Source of the DNA: a virus
Virus record (IMG/VR): IMGVR_UViG_3300006737_000029
Coordinates: 8,126-72,125 of that record
Strand: one strand, 5' to 3'
Length of the DNA stretch: 64,000 bases
In this document: in pieces, positions 9,938-19,108 of the stretch
How positions within the stretch are numbered: the first letter of the stretch is position 1
Layout of the letters: each line of letters opens with the position of its first letter
Program-made: the position numbers and the translations under genes
The notes under the pieces: model-generated
The model's database searches: none
Seen by the model: only the letters and a program-made list of their open reading frames with translations
Told to the model about the DNA's origin: nothing

Positions 9938-10217
9938 CTTTTAGTCTTTCAAATATTAAACGTTCATTATTATTATTTACTAATTTTTCAAAGTGATTTA
10001 ACCTAAATCTCCAGTTGTACTTGATCTCATCAAATCCAATACCCTTCATAAAGTCTATTCTCTTGGTTCCACCAAAAGATTTAATCATTAGTAAATCCAG
10101 GACATGTGTCCTATTGTGATTTTTATATAATTCTAAACCCATAAAAAAATCCTCCGGGTTGGAGGATCTCATCATTTCTATAAGCTTATCATATACTTCT
10201 ACATTTAGCTCGGCCAT
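9921..10217 (-). CDS. MoxR-locus accessory protein C (stand-alone shared helical motif)
   Basis: N-terminal LNVEVYDKLIEMMRSSNPED aligns with the motif in ORFs 5161-6408 and 6413-7480. Confidence 0.6.
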   Translation of the reverse strand: MAELNVEVYDKLIEMMRSSNPEDFFMGLELYKNHNRTHVLDLLMIKSFGGTKRIDFMKGIGFDEIKYNWRFRLNHFEKLVNNNNERLIFERLKDEYNY

Positions 10218-10232
10218 ATTACTATTATATTA

Positions 10233-10622
10233 TCATTCATCTTTTAATTTATTTAACTGTTCTTCAATTTCAATCCAGACCCCTGGATTTTCTTTATCAT
10301 ATTCATATGTTTCAAACTTTGGTATTATAAATTCACAGTTATCATCTTCAATCCAATCATGTTTAACCATATCATCTTGTACAGTTTGACATGGATTAAT
10401 GTAATCAAACTTATGGCGGCTACCCCTAACAAACTTAAAGGTTATAGTAAGAGGGAATTCATACTTAGCAATCTCATATTTAAACTGAGGTGCTATTCTT
10501 ATATAATCTCCTTTAGTGTCTGTTCTATACTTCATAACAGTTTTACTTGCTATAAAGTATTTTCCTGTCCACCTTCTACTATTCTTTGAGCTTGGTACAT
10601 TACCCGGTATCCACCATTTCAT
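10233..10622 (-). CDS. RusA-like Holliday junction resolvase
   Basis: IPGNVPSSKNS N-terminus; FDYIN...VQDDM...WIEDDN acidic catalytic pattern; ENPGVWIEI C-terminal strand. Confidence 0.7.
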   Translation of the reverse strand: MKWWIPGNVPSSKNSRRWTGKYFIASKTVMKYRTDTKGDYIRIAPQFKYEIAKYEFPLTITFKFVRGSRHKFDYINPCQTVQDDMVKHDWIEDDNCEFIIPKFETYEYDKENPGVWIEIEEQLNKLKDE

Positions 10623-11593
10623 ATGCTTGATTTTATTAAGTTAAACAACTTAGGCTTAACTGCTTCGGCCCCATACTTTTTAACTGCATCTGATATATCT
10701 TTTTCAGATTTAATATATATACCATCTATATTATATACACGTTTGTATGTCTCCATTGCAGTGTGACCTGCTTCATCATTATCAAACAAAGATAATACTT
10801 TTTTATAATTCTGCTTAAGATTATGAATGATATGTGGCTTGATGATAGTGTTCTCACTATGTGGAGCTATAAACTCTAGATTAAAACCAAAAGAACTAAG
10901 ACACATTCCATCCTTAAGAGATGACACTATGACTAAGTAATCTTTCTTATAAGTTAATTGGTCAAGTCCTTGAAGATGTTCTAACACTTTGGTAAATTTA
11001 TTTTTCTTGCTATGAGGTTGATATATCTTATAGCATTTACTTGACGTGTCAAAGTATCCATAGATCCCTTGCTTTTGTATCTTGATTTTTTCAATACCTG
11101 ATTCAGAATCTTTTACCATAGTAAAATAATCTAATGGTAGTACTAAATGTTTAGCTAACATTGATGCACCTATATTAAACTGTAACCAAAACTCTGCGTC
11201 TTGATCATTCCAGTCTCTTGTTATTGTAGCATCTAATTTAAATTTTGGAGCAGGTACAAATTCTTCTGAATCAAATATACCACCATCCATTACCCATTTA
11301 TTATAGTCTTCAACTATTCTAAACAAAGCCTTGGAATAATTCAGGTCAAATAATTCTTGTACTAGATCAACTTTACTTCCTTGTTTACCTGTAGAAAAAT
11401 CTTTAAACTTATATTCATTCTTATATGGACATAAATAGATACACATACTTGGAGTACGTTCATTAGGATTAAACACAGACTTAATCTTTAAATCCTGACC
11501 GGCTAACCTTTCAGGTAAAGTTAAGTAGTATTCAAATACCCATGCACTATTCACATCATTTTTATTATCAGCAAATCCTTTTGTAGTAAACAT
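10619..11593 (-). CDS. DNA primase (DnaG-type TOPRIM)
   Basis: ERTPSM...FKDFSTGKQG degenerate zinc-finger region; SSLKD and LFDNDEAG TOPRIM motifs; KDISD. Confidence 0.8.
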   Translation of the reverse strand: MFTTKGFADNKNDVNSAWVFEYYLTLPERLAGQDLKIKSVFNPNERTPSMCIYLCPYKNEYKFKDFSTGKQGSKVDLVQELFDLNYSKALFRIVEDYNKWVMDGGIFDSEEFVPAPKFKLDATITRDWNDQDAEFWLQFNIGASMLAKHLVLPLDYFTMVKDSESGIEKIKIQKQGIYGYFDTSSKCYKIYQPHSKKNKFTKVLEHLQGLDQLTYKKDYLVIVSSLKDGMCLSSFGFNLEFIAPHSENTIIKPHIIHNLKQNYKKVLSLFDNDEAGHTAMETYKRVYNIDGIYIKSEKDISDAVKKYGAEAVKPKLFNLIKSSI

Positions 11594-11605
11594 AGTATTA
11601 ATATT

Positions 11606-11678
11606 AAAAAGTTAGGGGGCTGTGATCACAAATAGATCCCCATTTAATTTTCCTCTGATGGAAAAACCCCTTACTTTT
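11606..11678 (-). terminator. terminator-like stem with a large structured loop
   Basis: AAAAGTTAGGGG...CCCCTTACTTTT outer stem (one mismatch) enclosing the TGTGATCACA palindrome and a TTTTCC/GGAAAA hairpin. Confidence 0.45.
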
Positions 11679-11686
11679 ATTGTTTA

Positions 11687-12376
11687 TTAAAGATCAAAGT
11701 CAGATCCTGCAGAACCATTCATAGCTGGTTCAAAGTTACTATTAGATGATGGAGCAGATCCTCCGTCTTTCTTAACTAACTTACGTACATGAACTTTCTC
11801 ATCAAAAGAAATTAATCTACTGTTGTTAATCTCAACATCAGTTGACTCAGCAGGGATACCATCCTTTGATAACTTAGGTAAATATAAATCATTGTTTATA
11901 TAACCTTCTTTGTTCTCCCATTCTCTTGATCCTAAGCATACATTAAAGAATGTACCTGAGAATAATTTGCTTGCTGCAGATACAAAGTCCTCAATTGTTT
12001 GAGCTTCTACTGCATCTAGTTCACTTCTCTTGTTCATTACTTCACTTAAGAAAATCATAGACTTAAGAACTTCTTGATCTCTATCAATCTCTCTACCACT
12101 TGGTAAAGTTGTAGACTTATATGGATAAGGAGTCATTCTAACTCTACCAATTTGTCCTTCATATCTACCTGCAGACTCATTATCTTTATCTCTAAAGAAT
12201 CCTTCAAAGTCTCCACTAACTGGTTCAGTTTCTACATGTAGCATTACATTGTATGCTTCAGAGTCATAAGGAGTTTGCTCAAATGTTATTGAGTTTATTC
12301 TTACTACGTTATTTCCTGGTCCCATTAAAGGTCTTACTTTACCGGCACCTACTTGCATGTCTTTTGTATTTAACAT
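11687..12376 (-). CDS. putative single-stranded DNA-binding protein
   Basis: Lies between the AAA_24 ATPase and primase; beta-rich core, flexible G/S tail ending in acidic-aromatic SDFDL. Confidence 0.45.
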   Translation of the reverse strand: MLNTKDMQVGAGKVRPLMGPGNNVVRINSITFEQTPYDSEAYNVMLHVETEPVSGDFEGFFRDKDNESAGRYEGQIGRVRMTPYPYKSTTLPSGREIDRDQEVLKSMIFLSEVMNKRSELDAVEAQTIEDFVSAASKLFSGTFFNVCLGSREWENKEGYINNDLYLPKLSKDGIPAESTDVEINNSRLISFDEKVHVRKLVKKDGGSAPSSNSNFEPAMNGSAGSDFDL

Positions 12377-12400
12377 CTTTTCTTTTTTTAAAATTAATAA

Positions 12401-13081
12401 TTATTTTTCATACTCTGCTATACAGTCTTTAACTAACTGTAGATCATTTTCTATAAAGGAATCTTTAAACATTCCCATTGGAGATTTACATGTGTTCTCT
12501 CCATTATTTACGGTATCAAATCCATACTCTAAACCATCTTCATCTTTCTTAACACGGCCAAATAGAACTATAGAAAATAAACCTTCTAACGTTAAGGTGT
12601 TGTCAATCATCTTACCAATTGTTTTAGCCTTAACTTTTCTGTGTCCATTAACATCTGTTGAATCCTCTGAGTGAGTTAAGAAAAAGATAGTTAAGTCATC
12701 TCTCATATCTTTAGGCATCTTAGCAACCTGTGCTAAGTTAGCTGCAATCTGAGTAAACTTATCATAACCTTTCTCATTGGCTCTGTCAAAGTATTCAAAG
12801 CTGGACATATACTGCCAGTCATCAACAACTAATGTCTTGATGTTAGGCATTTTATCATTAACATGATTCATTGCTTTAATAATACCAGCCGCTGAAGATG
12901 CTGAAGTCATATTACCTTTTGGATTATCTTTAGAAATGTTTTTGTAATTTCCTTTCCAACCTTTAAACGGTAGTGGTTTATTAGCAATGTTAATAATGAA
13001 AGTCTCTTTTGGATCTAATTTTCTGATTGAGGTAGACTTTCCTGTACCTGAATCTGCAATAACTAATACGCTTTGTGCCAT
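12401..13081 (-). CDS. AAA_24 / Sak4-like P-loop ATPase (recombination/annealing)
   Basis: Walker A ADSGTGKSTS, Walker B LVVDDWQY, FLTH, KTIGKMID, CKSPMGMF. Confidence 0.8.
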   Translation of the reverse strand: MAQSVLVIADSGTGKSTSIRKLDPKETFIINIANKPLPFKGWKGNYKNISKDNPKGNMTSASSAAGIIKAMNHVNDKMPNIKTLVVDDWQYMSSFEYFDRANEKGYDKFTQIAANLAQVAKMPKDMRDDLTIFFLTHSEDSTDVNGHRKVKAKTIGKMIDNTLTLEGLFSIVLFGRVKKDEDGLEYGFDTVNNGENTCKSPMGMFKDSFIENDLQLVKDCIAEYEK

Positions 13082-13591
13082 TTATTTACTTAATTTTTGG
13101 TTAATACTTAATAGTGCTTTTTCTATTCCTTTTAATACATCTACAATGTCTCTCTCTGACTCAGGATTTTTTATATTAATATCCCGTGTTGTTAAGTTAG
13201 TCACTGCTTCTTCTAATGTTTCTTCCTTATTAGATCTAGAATTTATATCATTGATTACTTTTAATTCACCAATAGGAATGATATGTCTTTCATGTCCTGA
13301 CTTTGATGTAACTAATTCATACTCTTCAGCCCAATGAGGATTGTGTTTTAATAAATACAATGTTCTCTTTAGATCTTCAGACTCATAAGCAATGCTTACA
13401 AATTCAGTATATATATCTTCCCCCTTTTGTAATTCACTAGGGAAAAATGATACATGCTTTTCATCCTTACCAGGTGGCCTGTATGCCATCTTAGGAATAT
13501 ATAATGGATGTTGTAACTTCTTACCTTCAAAATAAGGCTTATGTTCTTCATACAACTCCAATACTTTTTTCTTTCTTTCAGCTGGTGTCAT
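13082..13591 (-). CDS. hypothetical protein
   Basis: 169-aa ORF in the replication operon. Confidence 0.7.
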   Translation of the reverse strand: MTPAERKKKVLELYEEHKPYFEGKKLQHPLYIPKMAYRPPGKDEKHVSFFPSELQKGEDIYTEFVSIAYESEDLKRTLYLLKHNPHWAEEYELVTSKSGHERHIIPIGELKVINDINSRSNKEETLEEAVTNLTTRDINIKNPESERDIVDVLKGIEKALLSINQKLSK

Positions 13592-13606
13592 TTAATTAAT
13601 TTTTAT

Positions 13607-14566
13607 TTATACTTGTCTACGTGGAGCTTGAGCTGGTGTGTCCATCTCTAAGATTTCCATTCTTTCAAATGCTGCTTTGAAGAATGACATACGTGCATCA
13701 CCATTCCTTGCCTTAAGGAAATGTAATACTAAAGTTTTGTCATCATCAATAACATATCTATCTGGTCCATAATATTTAATCTTCTGCTTAGCTGGCCGGT
13801 TAATACCTATTAAAGTATCAGCATGCTGTAGCATTGCATCAGATCCAAATATGTCTGACTCAAGAATATAGTTACCATACTTACCATCAACGGCCCTATC
13901 TGGGTTATCAATGTTTCTATTAAGCTGAGACAGTGCTATAAATAAACACGGATATTCACGCTTAACTTGTGTAAAGAATTCACCTAATTCAAATAACATA
14001 TCTAATCTATTGTTCTGATAAGGTGCTCTCTTAACTAGTATAGTATGGTCCAAAGTTATTATAGTCTTCTGTCCTTTATGTTCATTCATATACATGTCAA
14101 CCTGCTCACGCATTTGATTAACAGTCATAGGTACTGATACTATATCTACAGGAAACTTAACTCTATCCTTAGCATATAGATGACATCTATTAAATGTTTC
14201 AGAATCTAATGTACTACCTGCACTACACAATTGTTTATATGTTTGACCAGTAAGTGATGAGAACTCTCTAATTGCTGAGGTTCTACCTACCATTTCAAAC
14301 TGAAACTCTAATACTCTGAACTCATCCTCTGGATTAAGTATAAATGATTCTCTAATGATCTGATCTTTTATTAATGTCTTACCTGAACCAGGTCTTCCAC
14401 CAATAACAGTGAGTGTATTCCACTCTAATCCATCTGTTACAGCATCATTGAACTTAGGCCACGGTGTATATATGGATTTCTCCTTGCCTGATTGTCTATC
14501 AAGCATATATCTAAGTGCTTCTTGGAAGGCGGTATGTTGGCCATTCCACATTGGTTTATTACTCAT
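13607..14566 (-). CDS. dnaB: DnaB-like replicative helicase (C-terminal ATPase domain only)
   Basis: GGRPGSGKT, FEM, ITLDH, ALSQLNRNI, GSDAMLQHAD, KARNG motifs. Confidence 0.88.
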   Translation of the reverse strand: MSNKPMWNGQHTAFQEALRYMLDRQSGKEKSIYTPWPKFNDAVTDGLEWNTLTVIGGRPGSGKTLIKDQIIRESFILNPEDEFRVLEFQFEMVGRTSAIREFSSLTGQTYKQLCSAGSTLDSETFNRCHLYAKDRVKFPVDIVSVPMTVNQMREQVDMYMNEHKGQKTIITLDHTILVKRAPYQNNRLDMLFELGEFFTQVKREYPCLFIALSQLNRNIDNPDRAVDGKYGNYILESDIFGSDAMLQHADTLIGINRPAKQKIKYYGPDRYVIDDDKTLVLHFLKARNGDARMSFFKAAFERMEILEMDTPAQAPRRQV

Positions 14567-15162
14567 ACAACGTTTTCACTAAAATGATTATTATCTTCTT
14601 CCTCTACTCCATCTCTGATCATATCACAATAGTCTGCAAGTTGTGATTGTTTAACCTTACTTTGATCTGCTTTGGATATAAAGTATTGACTAGTCTGCAT
14701 ATAAAGATAATCTTTCTGTGCATACTCATTAACATATCTTCTTGTAGCATCAATAACTTCGTCCCATGTGTAGTCATAGTTCTCAAAGAACCATCTAAAA
14801 TTATTTATTAATGTCTTCACATTAACTCTGGCCGGTTTACCATGTGGTAATTTACCTGCAGGAAATAGTTCTCTATACTCCTCAACCTTTTCTGTATACT
14901 CTTTACCCATTAGATGGATATTAGTTTTCTTTTTAGCTTTAGTAAAGTAAGCATCATATTTTACTATGATGTCTCTACCTTTCTTAGTAATGTCAACAGA
15001 TTTACCTTGTTCATAATTAACAAACTTCTGTTCAACTAACCCTCTTATTTCTAGATGAGGGTTAATTGTTTCAATACTAGTACCATTATCAACTGCATAA
15101 AGAAGCAACAGCTGATTTGGTGTTAGCTTGTCTATTAACATTTCCTGTAGTAGTTCCCACAT
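14563..15162 (-). CDS. hypothetical protein, possible replication initiator/helicase loader
   Basis: N-terminal winged-helix-like segment (LVEQKFV...ITKKG); overlaps the dnaB start. Confidence 0.45.
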   Translation of the reverse strand: MWELLQEMLIDKLTPNQLLLLYAVDNGTSIETINPHLEIRGLVEQKFVNYEQGKSVDITKKGRDIIVKYDAYFTKAKKKTNIHLMGKEYTEKVEEYRELFPAGKLPHGKPARVNVKTLINNFRWFFENYDYTWDEVIDATRRYVNEYAQKDYLYMQTSQYFISKADQSKVKQSQLADYCDMIRDGVEEEDNNHFSENVV

Positions 15163-15607
15163 ATTCTTTTATATATTTTTTAAAGTGATTAAACATTGAG
15201 TTGAATTGTGAATCATTAATTTCTATGTAGTTTTCTATAGTTTTTATACTATGAATAACTGTAGCATGATTCTGTATTAAGAACCTACCTATACCTATCT
15301 TACTGTATCCATACTTGTAAGCAACATAAGAGAATAACTGTTTCCAAGCTACTATTTCTTTTGTCTTTCTTTTAACTCCTTGTAATGTTTTAAATTGTAT
15401 TAATTCATCACAGTGAGTATGCATTGCAGGAATAAATAATAGTTCAATGTCTTTAAGAGTAAGTCTCTCAGTATCATTTACATAAGATATTGTACTTTTA
15501 ATTCCTCCAACTTGAATGTTGACAGGGTACTGATGTTTAGATTCAAATGTTTCTATAAAGTTGGCTACATCTTTAGCCATCTCTGGTGTCAAAATACTAT
15601 TGTCCAT
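15089..15607 (-). CDS. DnaA domain IV-like (Bac_DnaA_C) HTH DNA-binding protein
   Basis: EIVAWKQLFSYVAYKYGYSKIGIGRFLIQNHATVIHSIKTIE resembles DnaA RQIAMYL...IG..F.RDHTTVLHA..KIE. Confidence 0.7.
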   Translation of the reverse strand: MDNSILTPEMAKDVANFIETFESKHQYPVNIQVGGIKSTISYVNDTERLTLKDIELLFIPAMHTHCDELIQFKTLQGVKRKTKEIVAWKQLFSYVAYKYGYSKIGIGRFLIQNHATVIHSIKTIENYIEINDSQFNSMFNHFKKYIKEYVGTTTGNVNRQANTKSAVASLCS

Positions 15608-15626
15608 ATTGGTTTTTTTGGGTTAG

Positions 15627-15676
15627 CAAATATACAAAATTAATTGTATTTTATTTAGATTTTTTTCCTATATTTG
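15627..15676. promoter_or_regulatory. divergent pair of Bacteroidota -7 elements
   Basis: TATATTTG on minus (15627-15634) before ORF 15607 and on plus (15669-15676) before ORF 15696. Confidence 0.65.
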
Positions 15677-15695
15677 TACCATAAAATAATATATT

Positions 15696-16214
15696 ATGAG
15701 TGACGAACAAGAATTAAAATCCTTTAAAAATAAGGTAAAAGAGATGATTGAACTTAGTGAACAATTACCTCAAGATGTTTTCTCAGCAGTACCTGATGAA
15801 GACACTGTTGATATTAAAATTTCAGGTGCATTTAGTAGAGCAGTTGGTAAAGCGTTAGAGTATATACTAACTTCAATTGATCCACTAGAAGCAACAAGAG
15901 CATTAGAATTTATCAAGGCAGACTACAAAGATGTAGATACTACTCTTGTAAAAGACTATGATGTTGCTATTTGGGTTCTATTGAATATCCAAAATGAATT
16001 TAATGCACAAGCGGGCCTTCAAAAGAAGACTAGAATATATGACAGAGAAGCCTTTATGGGTGCTTTAATGTCTAAAGATCCAGATCAAATCAATCCATTA
16101 ACGGATGATGAGATAGCTGAGCGTGTTATAGCAAATCAAAAAGAGATTGATGATAAGCTAAAAGCAGAAAAGAAGAAGAAGAAAAAAACCACTAAGAAAA
16201 AGAAGAAAGACTAA
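15696..16214 (+). CDS. hypothetical protein with poly-lysine tail (lone inverted gene in the left arm)
   Basis: 172 aa, own promoter, no overlap with a long opposite-strand ORF, ends KKKKKKTTKKKKKD. Confidence 0.75.
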   Translation: MSDEQELKSFKNKVKEMIELSEQLPQDVFSAVPDEDTVDIKISGAFSRAVGKALEYILTSIDPLEATRALEFIKADYKDVDTTLVKDYDVAIWVLLNIQNEFNAQAGLQKKTRIYDREAFMGALMSKDPDQINPLTDDEIAERVIANQKEIDDKLKAEKKKKKKTTKKKKKD

Positions 16215-16582
16215 CGTAAGTTAGATCCACAAAAATCTCCTAGTGCAATTGCTGCTTGTATGGCAGCATTCAGTTCATCTGTATCACAATCTGCAAAAGA
16301 CTTACATACTTCCCCTATACATAGGCCGGCTTTGTCCTTTATTTCTTCTTTTAAAGGTTCAAAGTCCATGCCTGTGTCATTAGCTAATTGTCTAATCATT
16401 GCATGAATTCTTTTCATTTGTGCATATGTTGCATCCTTACCTTGTACTTCAAGTGTTATGTTAATCTTGGTGCCATCAGGTAAAGAATCTAACATTTCAT
16501 TATACTCCGTTTCTTTTATAGATAGGGAATGTTTCCACTCCCCATCTGTTTTTATTAGTATACTATTAAATAATCCTTTCAT
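16211..16582 (-). CDS. hypothetical protein, weak NinB/YbcN-like resemblance
   Basis: ATYAQMKRIHAMIRQLANDTG resembles the NinB Q-x-x-x-x-HAM helix. Confidence 0.45.
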   Translation of the reverse strand: MKGLFNSILIKTDGEWKHSLSIKETEYNEMLDSLPDGTKINITLEVQGKDATYAQMKRIHAMIRQLANDTGMDFEPLKEEIKDKAGLCIGEVCKSFADCDTDELNAAIQAAIALGDFCGSNLR

Positions 16583-16639
16583 ATTGTTTTTATTATATGA
16601 GTTCCAGGTTGTTCATCACCTGGATCACTCATTATTATT

Positions 16640-16930
16640 TTAATAATCATCTCTGTACATGTCAGGATCTGGTTCATCATTTTCTATTTCTTCTTTGATA
16701 GTTTCTAAAACTTCTTCAAAGTCTATGTCAAAATCTAAGATGCCTAATACATCAACGTTAACCATATTATTATTCTTGTCAGGTAAAGTCATTAATACCT
16801 TTTCTATATTTATAGATAAGTCTGACCCAGGATGATCACGTGTTTCTCTTTCACCTGGTTCATATGTACAATGGAATTCTAAATCAGATCCATCCCAGTC
16901 TATGTTTGTAATCCAATTATAACTAGGCAT
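16640..16930 (-). CDS. acidic hypothetical protein
   Basis: 96-aa ORF overlapping its upstream neighbour. Confidence 0.65.
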   Translation of the reverse strand: MPSYNWITNIDWDGSDLEFHCTYEPGERETRDHPGSDLSINIEKVLMTLPDKNNNMVNVDVLGILDFDIDFEEVLETIKEEIENDEPDPDMYRDDY

Positions 16931-17159
16931 ATCTTAATGTGTTTACATCTACTAATACAAATTTTTGTCCACAATCTTGACAATCTACATCATTAGGAGA
17001 GTTATATAATAGTTTTGATTTATTACAATTAGGACACGGTACTTGTATGTACGTATCTTTATTTTGTATTGATGCCGCATAAGCTTGTACATATGCTCTT
17101 GGACACCCATCATATTGTTCTTCTTGCATTTGCATGAAGATTTCTTTCATTCTACCCAT
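16923..17159 (-). CDS. zinc-ribbon protein
   Basis: CPNC...CQDC pair. Confidence 0.65.
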   Translation of the reverse strand: MGRMKEIFMQMQEEQYDGCPRAYVQAYAASIQNKDTYIQVPCPNCNKSKLLYNSPNDVDCQDCGQKFVLVDVNTLRYA

Positions 17160-18258
17160 AATTTAATTGTTTGTTAGTTGGTTCAAAATATTTAATTTTA
17201 TCATCTGAGAATTCAGCTAATGCTTTCTTAACCCATTGTTCATCAACGGTATTCTTATAACATAATATATGACACATTGCTGTCTCATCAGGATTAAGTC
17301 TTAGTAATCTACCTATTCTTTGTGCTGATTTCCTTTCATTACCATATGCATGCATAATAACACCGCTACGTAGGCCAGGAATAGAAACCCCTTCACTAAG
17401 CTGAAGGACACATGAAAGTTTATCAATTGTTCCATTACTAAATAGTTCTAAATTCTCATTGCTATTCTTATTCTTTGAATGATAGCTGTAATCACAGATT
17501 CTATCCGCTTGTTTTTGAGTATTTGCAAAGATAATACATTTGTCCTTAATTATCTTAAGTAATTGTTTTGTATAATTCTCTTTGGTTGGATACTCCATCA
17601 TTGCTTTCATTCTCATTATGGCAGCTAATTGCTTTTGCTTACCAAATGGAGACTCTTCAATTCTACCTGAAGTGTACTCATAGTCTTTTACTTCAGATGT
17701 ATACCAGGTACCACCATCCTTTCTTTTCTTAGGAAGGTTATTATAGTTAGAGAGAGGTAACATATGTACAATGATCCTATAATCATTAAGAATGTTACTA
17801 TCTGCTGCCTGATCTACATCAAAGTTATATACTATTGGGCAGTATCTATTTACCATTTCTTCTTTTTCCCCACTCACTGGTGGTGTACCGGTTAAACCAA
17901 GGATTTTACCTGTGTATGCATCAAGAAAATCTCTATGCCCGGTAAGAAGACTATGACACTCATCTAAGTATACTATATCATACTCTGTAGGCTTATGCTT
18001 ATTAAGAGAAAGATAGGTAGTAAACTTAATATGGTCAAGTAAGTGAGTGCAGTTAAGTTCAGCACACTCAGTACGCCATGACTCAAATATACTTTTTTTA
18101 GGTGCAACCACAAGGAATGAAGAGAAGGCATGATAGTGATTCATCATATGTTGCAATGCAATCCTTGTCTTACCAACCCCCATAGATATACCCAGACCAC
18201 ATCTACTATGTTGAGATATAATCTCTAATGCTTTGTCTTGTACTTGGTCTCTACTCAT
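17152..18258 (-). CDS. superfamily 2 DExH helicase
   Basis: SMGVGKT, DECH, LGLTGT, LSEGVSIP, QRIGRLLR motifs. Confidence 0.88.
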   Translation of the reverse strand: MSRDQVQDKALEIISQHSRCGLGISMGVGKTRIALQHMMNHYHAFSSFLVVAPKKSIFESWRTECAELNCTHLLDHIKFTTYLSLNKHKPTEYDIVYLDECHSLLTGHRDFLDAYTGKILGLTGTPPVSGEKEEMVNRYCPIVYNFDVDQAADSNILNDYRIIVHMLPLSNYNNLPKKRKDGGTWYTSEVKDYEYTSGRIEESPFGKQKQLAAIMRMKAMMEYPTKENYTKQLLKIIKDKCIIFANTQKQADRICDYSYHSKNKNSNENLELFSNGTIDKLSCVLQLSEGVSIPGLRSGVIMHAYGNERKSAQRIGRLLRLNPDETAMCHILCYKNTVDEQWVKKALAEFSDDKIKYFEPTNKQLNYG

Positions 18259-18500
18259 AACTCATACTTATAATTAACTTTACCATAATCTGCAGATTTT
18301 AAATATCTTATAGTTCCCATGGCATGTACTAATACTTCAATGATATGTTGCTTATCCATCTTCATTAGTTGATGCGCATCTACACCAGTATACTTATCTA
18401 CATTATTATAGTCTCTAGCTTGAGCTATCTCTTTATTCAATACCTCTTTGTATTCTATTTGATTTACAAAGGCCTGTGCTGCATTATCTAATTTGCTCAT
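18255..18500 (-). CDS. hypothetical protein
   Basis: 81-aa ORF with coupled start/stop. Confidence 0.6.
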   Translation of the reverse strand: MSKLDNAAQAFVNQIEYKEVLNKEIAQARDYNNVDKYTGVDAHQLMKMDKQHIIEVLVHAMGTIRYLKSADYGKVNYKYEL

Positions 18501-18726
18501 ATGTTATATTATTTTTTTTCATTATATATTCTAGTTTCTTTCTTAGTGCACTCTTTGATGCTCTTGTTGATGCCCACGGAGAGTTACCTTTAAGTATACT
18601 GTCTCCTGTAGTACTATTCCCTTCTATTTTATTAATAGTTGTCATTAGGTTTTTACAAACCTCAATTGTCTTGTCAGTCATAATATGTTTTTTATTTGTC
18701 AGTAAATCCCATCTCTGTTGATTCAA
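18484..18726 (-). CDS. hypothetical protein
   Basis: 80-aa ORF; start may be the downstream Met (MTDK). Confidence 0.55.
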   Translation of the reverse strand: MNQQRWDLLTNKKHIMTDKTIEVCKNLMTTINKIEGNSTTGDSILKGNSPWASTRASKSALRKKLEYIMKKNNITYEQIR

Positions 18727-19108
18727 CAGGATGCTCCTCTATCCACATGTGACAGCTCCTACACACTGATAACCAAGTAGTTGGGTCATTTAAATATTTC
18801 CCTCTACCTTTCTTATGATGTACATCAGTAGATTGTAGGTTACAGTTGTGTAGTGATGCTTGACACAATGGATTCTTCTCTAAGAATACTCTTCTTAGTT
18901 TGGTGTAAATAGTAAGTTGAACAGACATCTTAGAAGAAACTTTCTTTATTGGTTTTGTATTCTTTTTCAACACCGGTTTAGTTTTGATAGAGTTTACTTT
19001 ATCCTTTATTCTATGCCAACATGGCTTACAATAACGGTTACCAGAATGATTCTTCCAGATGTACTGTTCAGACTTACAGCCTACACACAATTTCTTTTTT
19101 GCCTTCAT
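18692..19108 (-). CDS. HNH-family endonuclease with N-terminal Zn finger
   Basis: CVGC...CKPC; CQ...C...STDVHHKKGRG...WLSVCRSCHMWIE. Confidence 0.75.
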   Translation of the reverse strand: MKAKKKLCVGCKSEQYIWKNHSGNRYCKPCWHRIKDKVNSIKTKPVLKKNTKPIKKVSSKMSVQLTIYTKLRRVFLEKNPLCQASLHNCNLQSTDVHHKKGRGKYLNDPTTWLSVCRSCHMWIEEHPVESTEMGFTDK

